From assembly GCA_964106915.2 (NCBI GenBank), contig OZ066922.1: a stretch of DNA of 64,000 nucleotides. The stretch is one strand, 5' to 3'. The translations under genes and the position numbers were made by a program. Within the stretch, counting starts at the first letter, position 1; every line of letters begins with the position of its first letter. Positions 26,240 through 37,815 of the stretch are shown in pieces. The stretch is from Podarcis gaigeae. Its lineage: Eukaryota. Under the pieces are notes generated by a model. The model was not told where the DNA came from, ran no database searches, and was given only the letters and a program-made list of their open reading frames with translations.

Positions 26240-28180
26240 GTGGGTCAAAATGACAGAATCACTGCCTTCTTGCTACGATCTGTGAGCTTTTGTGTCTGCT
26301 TCTTGCATGCGTTCTCCTAAGAGGTGCCAAGTACACAATTGAACCAGAGGTCTTGCTTACTGACCGAGGGCTCTGGAAGCCCTCTTGAAATTCCCTATGT
26401 TCTGCAGAAGGCAGCAGAGAGGCATCTGTCTCCTTTTGAGTTAGCTCGGTGGAAGGCAGAAATGGCGTGCGACGCACATTGCTTTTGCAAAAACCCTGCT
26501 GCAAATGTAAAAAAGAAAAAAAGAGGGTCTGACCCTTCTCCTCTTCCTCCTAGTTCCCTGGCACCATGTGGGGTGTGTGGAAGAGACCAGATATTGTTTC
26601 ATCTTGTTTCATCCTGCATTGGAGGGGGTTGGACTAGATGACCCTTGGATCCCCTTCCAATTCTGTGATTCTGTTTGCAGGATTTGGGGGCAGCCAGGAA
26701 GCAGCATGGCTCCCTTCTCTCTGCTCCCCCAAGCCAGCATTAATGCACCACAGTCCATGGCAACCTGCTCTTGCGCCTCACCTGGAAGCCCCAGCTGGTG
26801 CAGAATGCAATGGCTGGACTACTGATGGGAGCAGAGGTCCAGCAACTTGCTAAAATATCTGCGCTGGCTGCTCATATACTAATGGGCCTGGCTGAAGGTT
26901 ACTGCACTGATATACATAGCCCTGAACAACTTGGACCCAGTATACTTTTACGGACTACCTGAACCCTTACCTGAGACCCTATAATCCCATATTAATCCCT
27001 GAAATCATTTGGAGGAGAACAGATGTTCCACATGTTACAGAACCCTCATTGGCCTCAACTGGAGGTTAGGTCCTGCTGTGAAATACATGTCCAATAGATA
27101 TTTAGTAGGCACCCTCGCTTTTGACTTTCAAATGTCTCCTGAACACTTTTTCTTCTCCTCAATGTGACAGCCCGTCTCTTCTGTTGTTATTTGCTTTGTT
27201 CTTGATGGTGCTTTGTGCCTTGTCATTCTTCACCACCCCGATCTTTTATGATGTGCTAATATTTAGAAATACTAAAAATACAGATCCTTGCCTTCCCTGA
27301 GGTCCCTCAGAAAGTAAGATGGAGCCCTCCCCCTCCCAGGGCTCTGTGCATGCCAGAAGACTTCAGGGTAAGTTTATTCAGCAGACCCACTGAAATTGAT
27401 GAACATGTCTTGGATAGGCCCAGTTATTTCAGTGGGTCTGCTGTAAGTAAAAATTAGCTGAATGCCACCAAGAGATTCAAATAAGAGGCAAGAGGAGTAG
27501 TGGTTTCTCATAAAGAATGTTAATAATGGTATTTCAGCAGTGAGGCAAGCAATACAATTGTTATAGGCCCAAGAGATGTCATTTTGTTTTCCATAAGTAG
27601 TTTGAAAAGGCCCACGCATACACCTTATTGAGCAAACTATTCTTTCCTGAGCTTGACTACCTTTCCCTATCTAGTCCATCTAACATATATTGACATGAGC
27701 AGTGACATTTACTCTGGAGCTTGAGTGTTTAAAATATGCAAGTCCTTCTTGCACGGACATATATTTCCTCCTAGGAGTTGTACATTTGTGTGCTTATGTC
27801 ATCTGCTCTGTCCTGCTCCAAAGGCTTGCATGCAACCATGCCCATCCTTAATCAGGAACCTAACTTTGAAAATTCAGAGACCTCAACAGGTTTGTGCCCA
27901 TTCTTTGGGTATTTTTAAGTATAGTATGGAGGACTTAATTGTGAAATAAATTGGCTGAATTTGACAGTGTCAACCTATACCTTAGATGTTCCTATTCAAA
28001 ACACTTTGGCCAAATGGTGGGAAGGAAGGTTGCAAACATTTTTAGATTACCCGTTATCGTGAATGGGCAACACAGAGGTGTGTGTGTATATATATATATA
28101 TGTATGCTTTCGTAGATTTTCACGGGTACAGGAATGCAGGTTTTGGTGTCCTCGGGTGTCTTCCCGTGTAAAAGTTGGGG

Positions 28181-28229
28181 TGTCTAGGCGACGTTTCGAC
28201 GAGGTCTCACTCGTCATCTTCAGGCTGGT
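28181..28229 (-). ncRNA. Minimal hammerhead ribozyme motif (antisense copy in left arm)
   Basis: Reverse complement of 29352-29400. Confidence 0.75.
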
Positions 28230-29351
28230 GCTTTCGGCTTCTTGTTACTGGAACAGAGCGGGATCTCAATGTTTGAGTTCCTATAAATACTGTAGAGGGG
28301 GTGTGGTGTCTAGCCTCCAATGTTCTGGGCAGAGAGGAAGTTCCCAGGCTAGTGTGCCTTTTCTTCTTTTGTTCCTTAATTACTTGAGAGATACCTTGAG
28401 TGATTTCTTGAGTGATATCCTGAGTACCACTTAGGTGGGTCATTAGGTGTGGATTAGTTGCTAAAGTCTTTGTGTCTTGACCTCTTGAACTTTGTGAAGA
28501 GTTTTCCTGAGAAGATGGCTGTATTGCACTTAGTTGTGCTTTGGCTTGGCTTCGTGTATAGGGGCGAGCTGTGGTTTTGTGGCTTGTGTCAGCCAGATCT
28601 GTGTAGGGATTGCAGGGGGGTGCAGCATCCGGAGGTGCCACCATGGATTGGCTACTGGATGGTGTCAGTAATTCATCTGTGGAGAGGGTCTGGGTTTGGG
28701 TCTGGTGTGGTTGATTGGTGTTGGCGTTCTGTGTGCCTCTGGATCTGGTGTCAGTTTTTGTGGAGAGGGCTAATTTCCAGACATCCCGCTTGCCAGACAT
28801 CTGGAAATTAGCCCTCTCCACAAAAACTGACACCAGATCCAGAGGCACACAGAACGCCAACACCAATCAACCACACCAGACCCAAACCCAGACCCTCTCC
28901 ACAGATGAATTACTGACACCATCCAGTAGCCAATCCATGGTGGCACCTCCGGATGCTGCACCCCCCTGCAATCCCTACACAGATCTGGCTGACACAAGCC
29001 ACAAAACCACAGCTCGCCCCTATACACGAAGCCAAGCCAAAGCACAACTAAGTGCAATACAGCCATCTTCTCAGGAAAACTCTTCACAAAGTTCAAGAGG
29101 TCAAGACACAAAGACTTTAGCAACTAATCCACACCTAATGACCCACCTAAGTGGTACTCAGGATATCACTCAAGAAATCACTCAAGGTATCTCTCAAGTA
29201 ATTAAGGAACAAAAGAAGAAAAGGCACACTAGCCTGGGAACTTCCTCTCTGCCCAGAACATTGGAGGCTAGACACCACACCCCCTCTACAGTATTTATAG
29301 GAACTCAAACATTGAGATCCCGCTCTGTTCCAGTAACAAGAAGCCGAAAGC

Positions 29352-29400
29352 ACCAGCCTGAAGATGACGAGTGAGACCTCGTCGAAACGTCGCCTAGACA
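29352..29400 (+). ncRNA. Minimal type I hammerhead ribozyme motif (PLE type)
   Basis: CTGAAGA (29358-29364), T, stem II GACGAG-tgagac-CTCGTC, GAAA (29384-29387), palindromic ACGT helix III, GTC cleavage triplet ending 29391; stem I is weak (2 clear base pairs). Confidence 0.75.
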
Positions 29401-30944
29401 CCCCAACTTTTACACGGGAAGACACCCGAGGACACCAAAACCTGCATATATATGTATGTATATATACACACACAGAGAGAGTTGTTTGGAACCTGAGCAC
29501 AGAGTGATTCAAAACAGATACAATTTTTAAAGACGATAAACAGACATACAAAGCAGAATTTAAAGTTGAGGCGGGCCCGTACTATACCACATCCAAAGGC
29601 AGAATACCCCTGAATAGTTGCACTTGCTAGGGGGCCAACAGAGAAGTGCTATAGCATTCAAGGCCTGTTTGTGGGTTTCTCAGAGGCATTCTATGGACCA
29701 CTGTGGGAAATGGGATGATGGGCCAGATAGGTTTTTGGTCTGATGCAGCAGGGCACCAGCAGCAGGAGACAGACTTTGGGGATAAATGGCCATTGTTTTT
29801 CTCTTTCCCATCTTGACAAGAGTATAAAAAGCAAAGTGAAGGCTTCCTGGAGTTTTTCCTAAATAAAATGTTAATCAGGGTTTATGTTGGATGTAGTCTG
29901 AGAAATACCGCATTCTGCCTGGAGCCAAGTGAGGCATTTAATGATGGCTTAAATGGAAAATGTCACTGGTGTGAAGTTATCCTCTGGGCATACTTTTTTT
30001 TTGAAAGTTGCAGAGAGGATCAGCTGGTATCTTATCTTTCTCACAGTTAGGTTTCTCATACTTGGTTTGCACGCTTTAATTTCAAGTGATAGACAACTTG
30101 TCTGATTTCTAACAAACTGTCCTAAAACTTTATACGGAAGGGATCCTCATAACTTAATAGTGTTGAAGAGTTGCTGTCCAGTGGCGACTTCTTTCTGACC
30201 CGAGTTGTGTATCAGGTCACCTGCTGTCCCTGCTCAACCCCAAAATGATTACTGAGGTCATAACTGCTTCTATGGCTGAATTCAGTTAATTCCTTTCCCA
30301 TCTCCCTGCCTATTGAGATCAAGCAGACTTCACTGTGCTCTTTTTGGTGCCTGGCAAAAACATTCCTATTTAGATAAGCCTACCCAGATGCTTAGAAAGT
30401 ATTTTATATTTTGTATGTTTTAAAGCATGTTTACGAATTTTTCTCAATTTTATTGTTTTATCTTTTTTCAATCCGCTTTGAGGTTTGTTTTTTGCCATCA
30501 AGCAGAGTAGAAATTTTGTGTAATAAATAACAAGTAAATCTAAGAAGCCCCCTATATTGTTGCTGGTATCCTAGGAGAGGGATACATATATGGAAGATAG
30601 GTCAGTGACCCATTTGGGGTCCCTATGACCTAACAGGGAAAGTAGAAATTCACTTTTGCTGGTTTTGGAAGCAACAGAGCTTGCCCAGAACTCTGGAGTG
30701 TTGAAGGACTGTGTGATAGGAATGTTGAGTAAGGTTGTTGAGGCTTGTGCTATTTCTAACAGCTTGAAGAATACTGCAGAAAAATATAGAATGTTATGCT
30801 TTTTTGGGGGGGGGATATTGTTAAAACATTATTTATAGTTGCAATAATTTCTTGTACCTGGCCAGTAGAACATGATGCAAAACACTGAGAGCAGAAGATT
30901 TTGCTCACTCTCAGGTTAGCTGGGACAACTCCATCTGCAGATCA

Positions 30945-31050
30945 TGGGGCTCTTAATCTGAAGGTTGTGGGTTTGAGCCCCACACTGGGCAAAATATTCC
31001 TGTATTGCAGGGGTTTGGACTAGATGACGCTTGTGGTCCCTGCCAGCTCT
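30945..31050 (+). mobile_element. tRNA-Lys/CR1 SINE copy, degenerate
   Basis: CTCTTAATCTG..GGGTTTGAGCCCCAC..GGACTAGATGAC. Confidence 0.65.
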
Positions 31051-31192
31051 GTGGCAACCAGTGTTATGACCATGCAATCCTGCTTTCCTCCTCTGATGCA
31101 GAGGACTCTAGCTGTGGTCCTAGCAGGGCCACAGTCTCCCATGTTCTTCAGGAATCTGCAAGTGCTTAAGCAGCCAGGGTCACGTTAAAGTC

Positions 31193-31331
31193 CAGCCTTT
31201 CTCAACCTGTGGGTCCCCAGATGTTGTTGAACTACAACTCCCCATCACCCCTAGCTAGCAAGGCCAGAGCTCAGGGGTGATGGGAGTTGTAGTCCTACAA
31301 CATCTGGGGACCCACAGGTTGAGAACAGCTG
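31193..31331. mobile_element. Palindromic hAT-type MITE (ACTACAACTCCC family)
   Basis: Near-perfect foldback CAGCCTTTCTCAACCTGTGGGTCCCCAGATG...; related copies at ~54605-54720 and 59975-60240. Confidence 0.85.
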
Positions 31332-31423
31332 CAAAAAGCTTCTCACACTCTTGACACGGAAGGTGGAGCTAGCAACTGAGAAAGAACTGCAGCTCCTATT
31401 TAAGGCTCGCTCGGAAGATGACT

Positions 31424-31683
31424 CAGATCGTGAAGCTGAGGCTCCAAGACTTTGGCCACCTCATGAGAAGAGAAGACTCCCTGGAAAAGACCCTGATGTT
31501 GGGAAAGATGGAGGGCACAAGGAGAAGGGGCGACAGAGGACGAGATGGTTGGACAGTGATCTCGAAGCTACCAGCATGAGTTTGACCAAACTGCGGGAGG
31601 CAGGGGAAGACAGGAGTGCCTGGCGTGCTCTGGTCCAGGGGGTCACGAAGAGTCGGACACGACTAAAGGACTAAACAACAGCA
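31424..31683 (+). mobile_element. BovB LINE 3' fragment
   Basis: Same 3' end; 10-bp TSD GAAGATGACT (31414-31423 and 31684-31693). Confidence 0.9.
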
Positions 31684-33478
31684 GAAGATGACTGCTGCTG
31701 AAGCAACATCTAAGCTCTGCTCTTAATGGAGTCTCCAGCCTGAGTCCTGCAGGGAGCTCTCCAAGGTGCCATTAAAATCCATTCTCCATTTCCATACTAC
31801 TCAGGCCATTGCTCAAAAGAGAACAACCAAGAGCATCTGCCCAATGAGTGTAAAGCACATTTGTTTCAATGTTTCCTCCACAAATTAAAAACCAAGCCAA
31901 TCCTGAAACCTAATATATCCAATGTAACTCTCTACTTAACCTAGCCCGGATACGGTGGTGATGGGGAGCATTTATTCATAACTGAGTGAGAGTAGGATAT
32001 TGTAAAGCATTTGGCAGGGGTTTAGACCTATCAGTATATTATCTGAAGTAACATTTGGGCAACTTGGCAAGGCGGCATTAGAGTCTGCGTGACAGTGATC
32101 TACTAAAGGGAAGTGAGTGGTTCGTAAATTCGTACCCTTTTCTCTCTCTCCACTGAGCACCGTAACGAAATGGCTTTCAGGCGCTGTATTTTGCTGGTGG
32201 AGGAAATGGAAACAAGAAAGAATGCTTGTTCGAGGCTCAGAATGATACTGAAAGACAGATAAAATTGCTCCTTTTATTACATGACTTTTGGAAAGTGATA
32301 GGAAACATGAAGGCGGTGGTGGAGAATAATGCTTGAAATAAAACCGCAATGGCATCATAAAGAGTACATCTGTCTACAACCAAGTCTTAATATGTATTTT
32401 TTGCTCCCTTTCAGCCTCCTTTCCCTTTTTTTACATGCCTTTGGGATTCCTGTAGTCAAGCTGTGAGCCACAATCCAAGGCTTAAACCTCGGATTGTGAA
32501 TCAGCTTGGGCAGGGTACGATGGAGGGCATTTATCCAAGTCTCAATCGATAGTCTGAAAAGAGAGAGATTTGCTTTCATTCATTTTAAATATTTATCTGC
32601 CACCTTCCAATTAATAATCTAAAATGGTTTATGAGTAAAAATTGACACAACTGAAACATATACTGAAATATATTTATATATCTCTGAGATTTGGCACTTC
32701 CCCTTTTTTCTGGGTTATGTTTGAGAGAAAAGGCTAAATATAGTGTTTGTTTTAATTATGGCACTAATGTCCATTATTGCTTGGTTTCAGATGCAACATT
32801 TAGGAACTTACAATGCTAACTTTCAATACCAGCAGGTGTCATGGTCCCTGATTTCTGTCTTGGTTCAGACTTTAATCCAAGTCAGAAAGAAACTTTGGTG
32901 GCAAGGAAGGTTAAGAACCATTATTAGCCCTACTGCCTTACTTTCCCCCTTCAAAATGAAGCTTCCTCTTTGGTAGCCCCAGGGTATGCTGTGAGATGTG
33001 TCTTTATACCATCCATTGCGTGCTTTTTGACAGTTGGCCAAGACGCACCATTTTACCGAACCCTTTTTCTTGAGTGGATGTCTTTCCTTTTCCTGCATTT
33101 CTGTTCTGTGCTGCTGTTTTGGTTGTTTGCTGTTGGTTCTCTGGTTTTATCTTACAATTTTAATGTAAGTTGCACTGGTTCCAATTGTGACATTTTTGTA
33201 ACCCTTCCCCAGGACCATTTGGTGAAGTCAAATGGTCAATATGCTAAATATGGGGAACTTGAGGCAACTTCTGAAAAGAGGATCCCTGCATCTGTTGGTT
33301 CTCCTTGTAGCCTGTAATGTCAACACTCACAGTCCCTCTGCCCCCATGAGCAGGGGCTTCTCTGCTTCTGCAGCAGAGAAACCCGCACAGTGATGTCATC
33401 ATGCCACATTGTGAAGTCAGGGTGGTGGTTCAGGTTTTGGACTGTGACTCGGAGGACCAGGGTTCAAATATAATAATA

Positions 33479-34077
33479 CAGTGGACGCTCGGGTTGCGAA
33501 CATGATCCATGCTAGATGCATGTTCGCAACCCGCAGCAGTGCGTCTGCTTATGCGCGGGTTGCGACTCGGCACTTCTGTGCATGTGCAAAGCGTGATTTA
33601 GCACTTCTGCGCATGCGCGACCGACGAAACCCGGACGTAACCTGTTCCGGTACTTCCGGGTTTTGGCGTGTCTGTAAAACTGGATGCGGGTGGCGCTGTG
33701 GGTTAAACCACAGAGCCTAGGCCTTGCCGATCAGAAGGTTGGCGGTTCGAATTCCCGTGACGGGGTGAGCTCCCGTTGCTCGGTCCCTGCTCCTGCCAAC
33801 CTAGCAGTTCGAAAGCACATCAAAGTGCAAGTAGATAAATAGATACCGCTCCAGTGGGAAGGTATATGGCGTTTCCATGCGCTGCTCTGGTTCGCCAGAA
33901 GCAGCTTAGTCATGCTGGCCACATGACCCGGAAGCTGTATGCCGGCTCCCTTGGCCAATAAAGCGAGAGGAGCGCCGCAACCCCAGAGTCTGTCAAGACT
34001 GGACCTAATGGTTGGGGGTCCGTTTACCTTTTAACCTGAAAGGCAACCTGAAGCATCTGTGACCCGAGGTATGACTG
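33479..34077. mobile_element. Tc1/mariner MITE containing a Sauria SINE
   Basis: TA|CAGTGGACGCTCGGGT...ACCCGAGGTATGACTG|TA. Confidence 0.8.
33682..34032 (+). mobile_element. Sauria SINE nested in a Tc1/mariner MITE
   Basis: Head GGATGCGGGTGGCGCTGTGG, tail TTTACCTTT. Confidence 0.9.
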
Positions 34078-34079
34078 TA

Positions 34080-34510
34080 ACAACAACAACAACAACTTAT
34101 TTATACCCTGCCCATCTGGCTGGGTTTCCCCAGCCACTCTGGGCGGCTCCCAACAGAATATTAAAAACACAGTACAGCATTCAACATTAAAAACTTCCCT
34201 AAACAGGGCCGCCTTCAGTTGTCTTTTAAAAGTAAAATAGTTGCTTATTGCCTTAACATCTGCTGGGAGGGCGTTCCACAGGGCAGGTGCCGCTACCAAG
34301 AAGGCCCTCTGCCTGGTTCCCTGTAACCTCACTTCTCGCAGCGATGGAACCACCAGAAGGCCCTCGGCGCTGCACCTCAGTGTCCGGGCTGAACGATGGG
34401 GGTGGAGACACTCCTTCAGGTATACAAGACTGAGGCTGTTTAGGGCTTTCAAGGTCAGCACCAACACTCTGAGTTGTGCTTACTGGGTTGTGCATACTGG
34501 GAGCCAATGA
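34080..34510 (-). mobile_element. L2-clade LINE 3' fragment
   Basis: Homologous to 57665-58240; RAFLVAAPALWNALP. Confidence 0.88.
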
Positions 34511-36951
34511 AGGTCCCCGCTTACCCATGAAGCTCATCTGGGATGACCTCTCTCAGTCTAGTCTACCTTACAGGGTTCTTGCGAGGATAAAATTGGGAGG
34601 AGGAGAGCTATGTACAGCCACCTGGAGCTCCTTGGAGGGAAAGTGGAACAGTAGGTCCGCAGCTTAGATGGGAGTTACATTCTGGACATCGTTCCTGAAA
34701 GCCGAGATTGTGCATAGTCAAAACCCAATTGGGTTCAGTGGCGAGTGGGATTTCCCAAGTCATTTTTCCTGGACCCTGCCCCCTTTTTAATATTTTTTGC
34801 CGTGCACGTAAAGCTTATTGCGCACAAGTTAAATGCACTTAAGCTGCAGGCTTGCTGTATACAAGTAATTAAAAAATAAATAAATATCAGTCAACCTGAC
34901 AGAGAGACATCAAAAACATTGACGTCTGGTCTTTGGGGCGGGGAGTGGATAGTGGCGTGCATGAGGAACGCGGAGACCTATGGAGCAGGATGGAAGCAAA
35001 CTCTGGCTCATGGTTTAATCAGGCCTCAATGTTCTTCTTAAGGGCAAAAATGTCTCTGTCGACTCGGATGCTGAGATGTTGGAAGCAGAAATGCTGACGA
35101 GCTGAGACAAGAGTGCTGCAGTCTGACGAAGATACGAGTTTGGTTCTTCCATGTGGCTAGCAGCCCTGAGCAGCCTTCGTGAATTTCTCTGGACTCTGAC
35201 AAGGCTCAAGAACGTGCCATTAATCACCTAAAACTGGTGGAGGATTGTTTCTGCAGGTGCCTCTCTGCTGGCCTGTCCTTTTACCAAAGCGAGACTGAAT
35301 TAACAGTGAGAAAAGAAGGCAGAAAAATTGGGGTGCCAAGGGGTGGGGATGGAAAAAGACTGCAGCTCCATGCTGGAGCTCACTTTTTCTTCTCGCTTAA
35401 TTTCATTGCTTAGCTCCCGTTTTGCTATCATATATTTTTGCTTGTTCTAGGCCTCTTGTGGCCCAGTTTTCCCTTTGCTTTTCTCTTTGCGAGAAGAAGG
35501 GGTTTCCTGCTTTGAGCGTCTCCCTCCTTCCACTTTTGAAGTGTTTTGTGGCAATTTTTTCTGTGAATCTGCCTTTTGGGGCACAGGCTTTGGTTCATGA
35601 ACAATTCTGAACAGATTTGGCTTCTGTAGTTTTTATACATAAATAATTATTGTTTTATTTTTGCTTACTCCCTGGTGAGGTTTGAACCACACTATTTTAT
35701 TTTTTGATCTTTTTCTCTTCCATGCATTGGGTCCTGGATTAATCTCTCTGCCCCTCCTGGAATCCGCAGAAACTTGTTCCTTTGAACCCCTACCTGGAAA
35801 CACAGATTTAGCATCTCCTCTTCTTCTGCTTAACTTTTAGGATTAATTTGCTATATAAGCAAAGCTTTTAACTGCTATTGACTAGTGGGCGATCTGGAAG
35901 GTAAATCAAAGTAGAGATTAAGTAAATAAAAATTACTTCTAAGTTTTGCTTGCTGTAATTGTTGACTGCAACTGAACAGAAATATTGGAAGTATCAGATA
36001 AAATGACAAAGTAAAGTTTTAAGAGTGAAATCTTTAGATTGAATAGCATTAAGCTAGAAGGCAGAATATTCTGTTTTGTTACCCATGTAATCATTACATT
36101 CTATTTTTACCTGCATACACTGTTCCTTACAGTTGTGTATAATAAGTCTTTTTCCACTTTGATATTCTTTGTGGATTATGCTTGCATTTTTCATCATGCA
36201 AAATGGTTTTCTGCTTGGGTATTTTAAATAAATTTTCTATATTGATTTCAGCTTCTGATCTTTCCCATGAGGTCCTCAGTTTCAATATCTAGTTCTGTCT
36301 TTGGCTTTTGAAGGGAAAAGGAGTCTTGCTTTTAACAAAACTGAACTTCGGTTTTGGTAATTTGGGTTCCTGGGCCAGGACTGTTGAGGTCCCCCTAGCC
36401 CACCAGTCAAATATGACATGGTGGCTGACGAGATTGATTCAGGGGTCACATCCAGACTAAGAAGCGTTTGCTTGGCCATCCTTGCCCAGAAGAACCACAA
36501 GCTTGGGCTTTTGACTTGCCCTATCAACGAACAGTTTGTTCCTGGAAAAAATGGTCCGTAATGGGTGCGGTGGAATTCATTCTCTTGGAGAGTTATAATA
36601 GCCTTTTTGTAATTACATTGAACATTTCCCAGCTTTTCAGCTGATGGGTACCCCTTGTTATCGTATTCTTCCCTGCTTTTAATTTGCATTTACAGCAGAC
36701 CTCGCTTACGTTTTTTAAAGCCTCAAACCTTCAGCTTATTCTGCATACTAAAGGTCATCCATTGTGTCTTCCTTGTTTGGGGGCCTGGTTCTGATAAAAT
36801 ATGTATTTAATCCATGGCTGATGAAGATACATTTGTATTGTCTTTTCACATGACATCAATTCCCAGTAGCTTTGTCCTGTGTTTGTAATAATTTGAAGTG
36901 TGAAAATGCCTGTTGAACAGCATTTGAGTTCTGTTTCTCCCCCCCCCCTAA

Positions 36952-36960
36952 ACACACACA

Positions 36961-36994
<34 letters not shown>
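36952..36994. repeat. (CA)n microsatellite
   Basis: Direct reading, one CGCG interruption. Confidence 0.95.
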
Positions 36995-36996
<2 letters not shown>

Positions 36997-37324
36997 CTTG
37001 CAAAGTTGGTTACAAACCTAATTAGCTAACATTAATGCAATCGCTGCCCCAGGGAACTGGAAACTTAATTTTCGGCTATGATGAAAATACTGCCAGATAA
37101 TTATTTATTCGTTGTCTTACATGGTGGCTTGCAATTGTGGCTAAGTGTTACTGCCCAATTTATTTTCAAAAGAACATGGCTCTCCTCTCTTGTGATAGTT
37201 TAAGCATTTATGTTGCCTCGGTGAATAACTGTTCTGCTCCCCAGTGTTTATCTCCCAGGCAGTCTTGACAGAGCTTCATGAAACCCAGCAGGTGTGGTCC
37301 GTGAACTAAGGGGGTACATGTCCA

Positions 37325-37600
37325 TGTTTTCTGATGAAACAGAGTTTTTCAGGGTCGTAGAAGCAAAAAAGGATTTTGACGAGCTTCAAAAGCACATCTC
37401 CCAAATTGGGAGAATGGGCAATACACTGTCAAATGCAGTTCAGTGTAAGCTAGCGCAAAGTGTTGAACATTGAGGCAGGATACACCCCCCCCCAAAAAGG
37501 AACCCCTCCTATGGATACTAATGCAACCTGACATGGTAGTAACTGATCAGTAAAGAGAACTTGGGTTCGTGGTGATTACAGCAATGAAAATGTTTTCCCA
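37325..37600 (+). mobile_element. Decayed CR1 RT fragment
   Basis: Degenerate W..QMQF..KC / KELGFVV motifs. Confidence 0.5.
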
Positions 37601-37815
37601 GTTATGTTAAATCATAGCTTATTTTATGTGACTGGGGTGCATGCTGCTCAGAAGTGGCTGCTTCACATCTCCTGTTGAAAACCCCTTGCCACGAACGGGG
37701 CAAAACAACACAGAGAATGGATTTGTGTTAGGTAACCAGTGCCTGTGGTTGGTTTTCCCCAAAGGACCCATGATGAAGAGGCAAAGGCTTGATCTTGGTT
37801 TCTGGATAATGGCTT

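Larger units (their letters stand above)
28104..29447. mobile_element. Penelope-like element (PLE): two 5'-truncated 3'-end copies in inverted orientation, inserted in a (TA)n tract
   Basis: Arms 28134-28781 and 28800-29447 are reverse complements (coordinate sum 57581 at both ends, so no net indel), 18-nt spacer; the minus copy has an extra ~30-nt 3' tail (28104-28133); hammerhead motif near each 3' end; sense ORF begins TSRLPDIWKLAL, resembling the end of a PLE GIY-YIG domain; flanking direct repeat ATATATATGTATG at 28094-28106 and 29446-29458. Confidence 0.85.

Noticed and set aside
28207-29374. Twin 219-aa ORFs on opposite strands as host genes
   Set aside because: They are mirror products of the palindrome; the N-terminal part comes from the opposite arm and the rest is PLE sequence.
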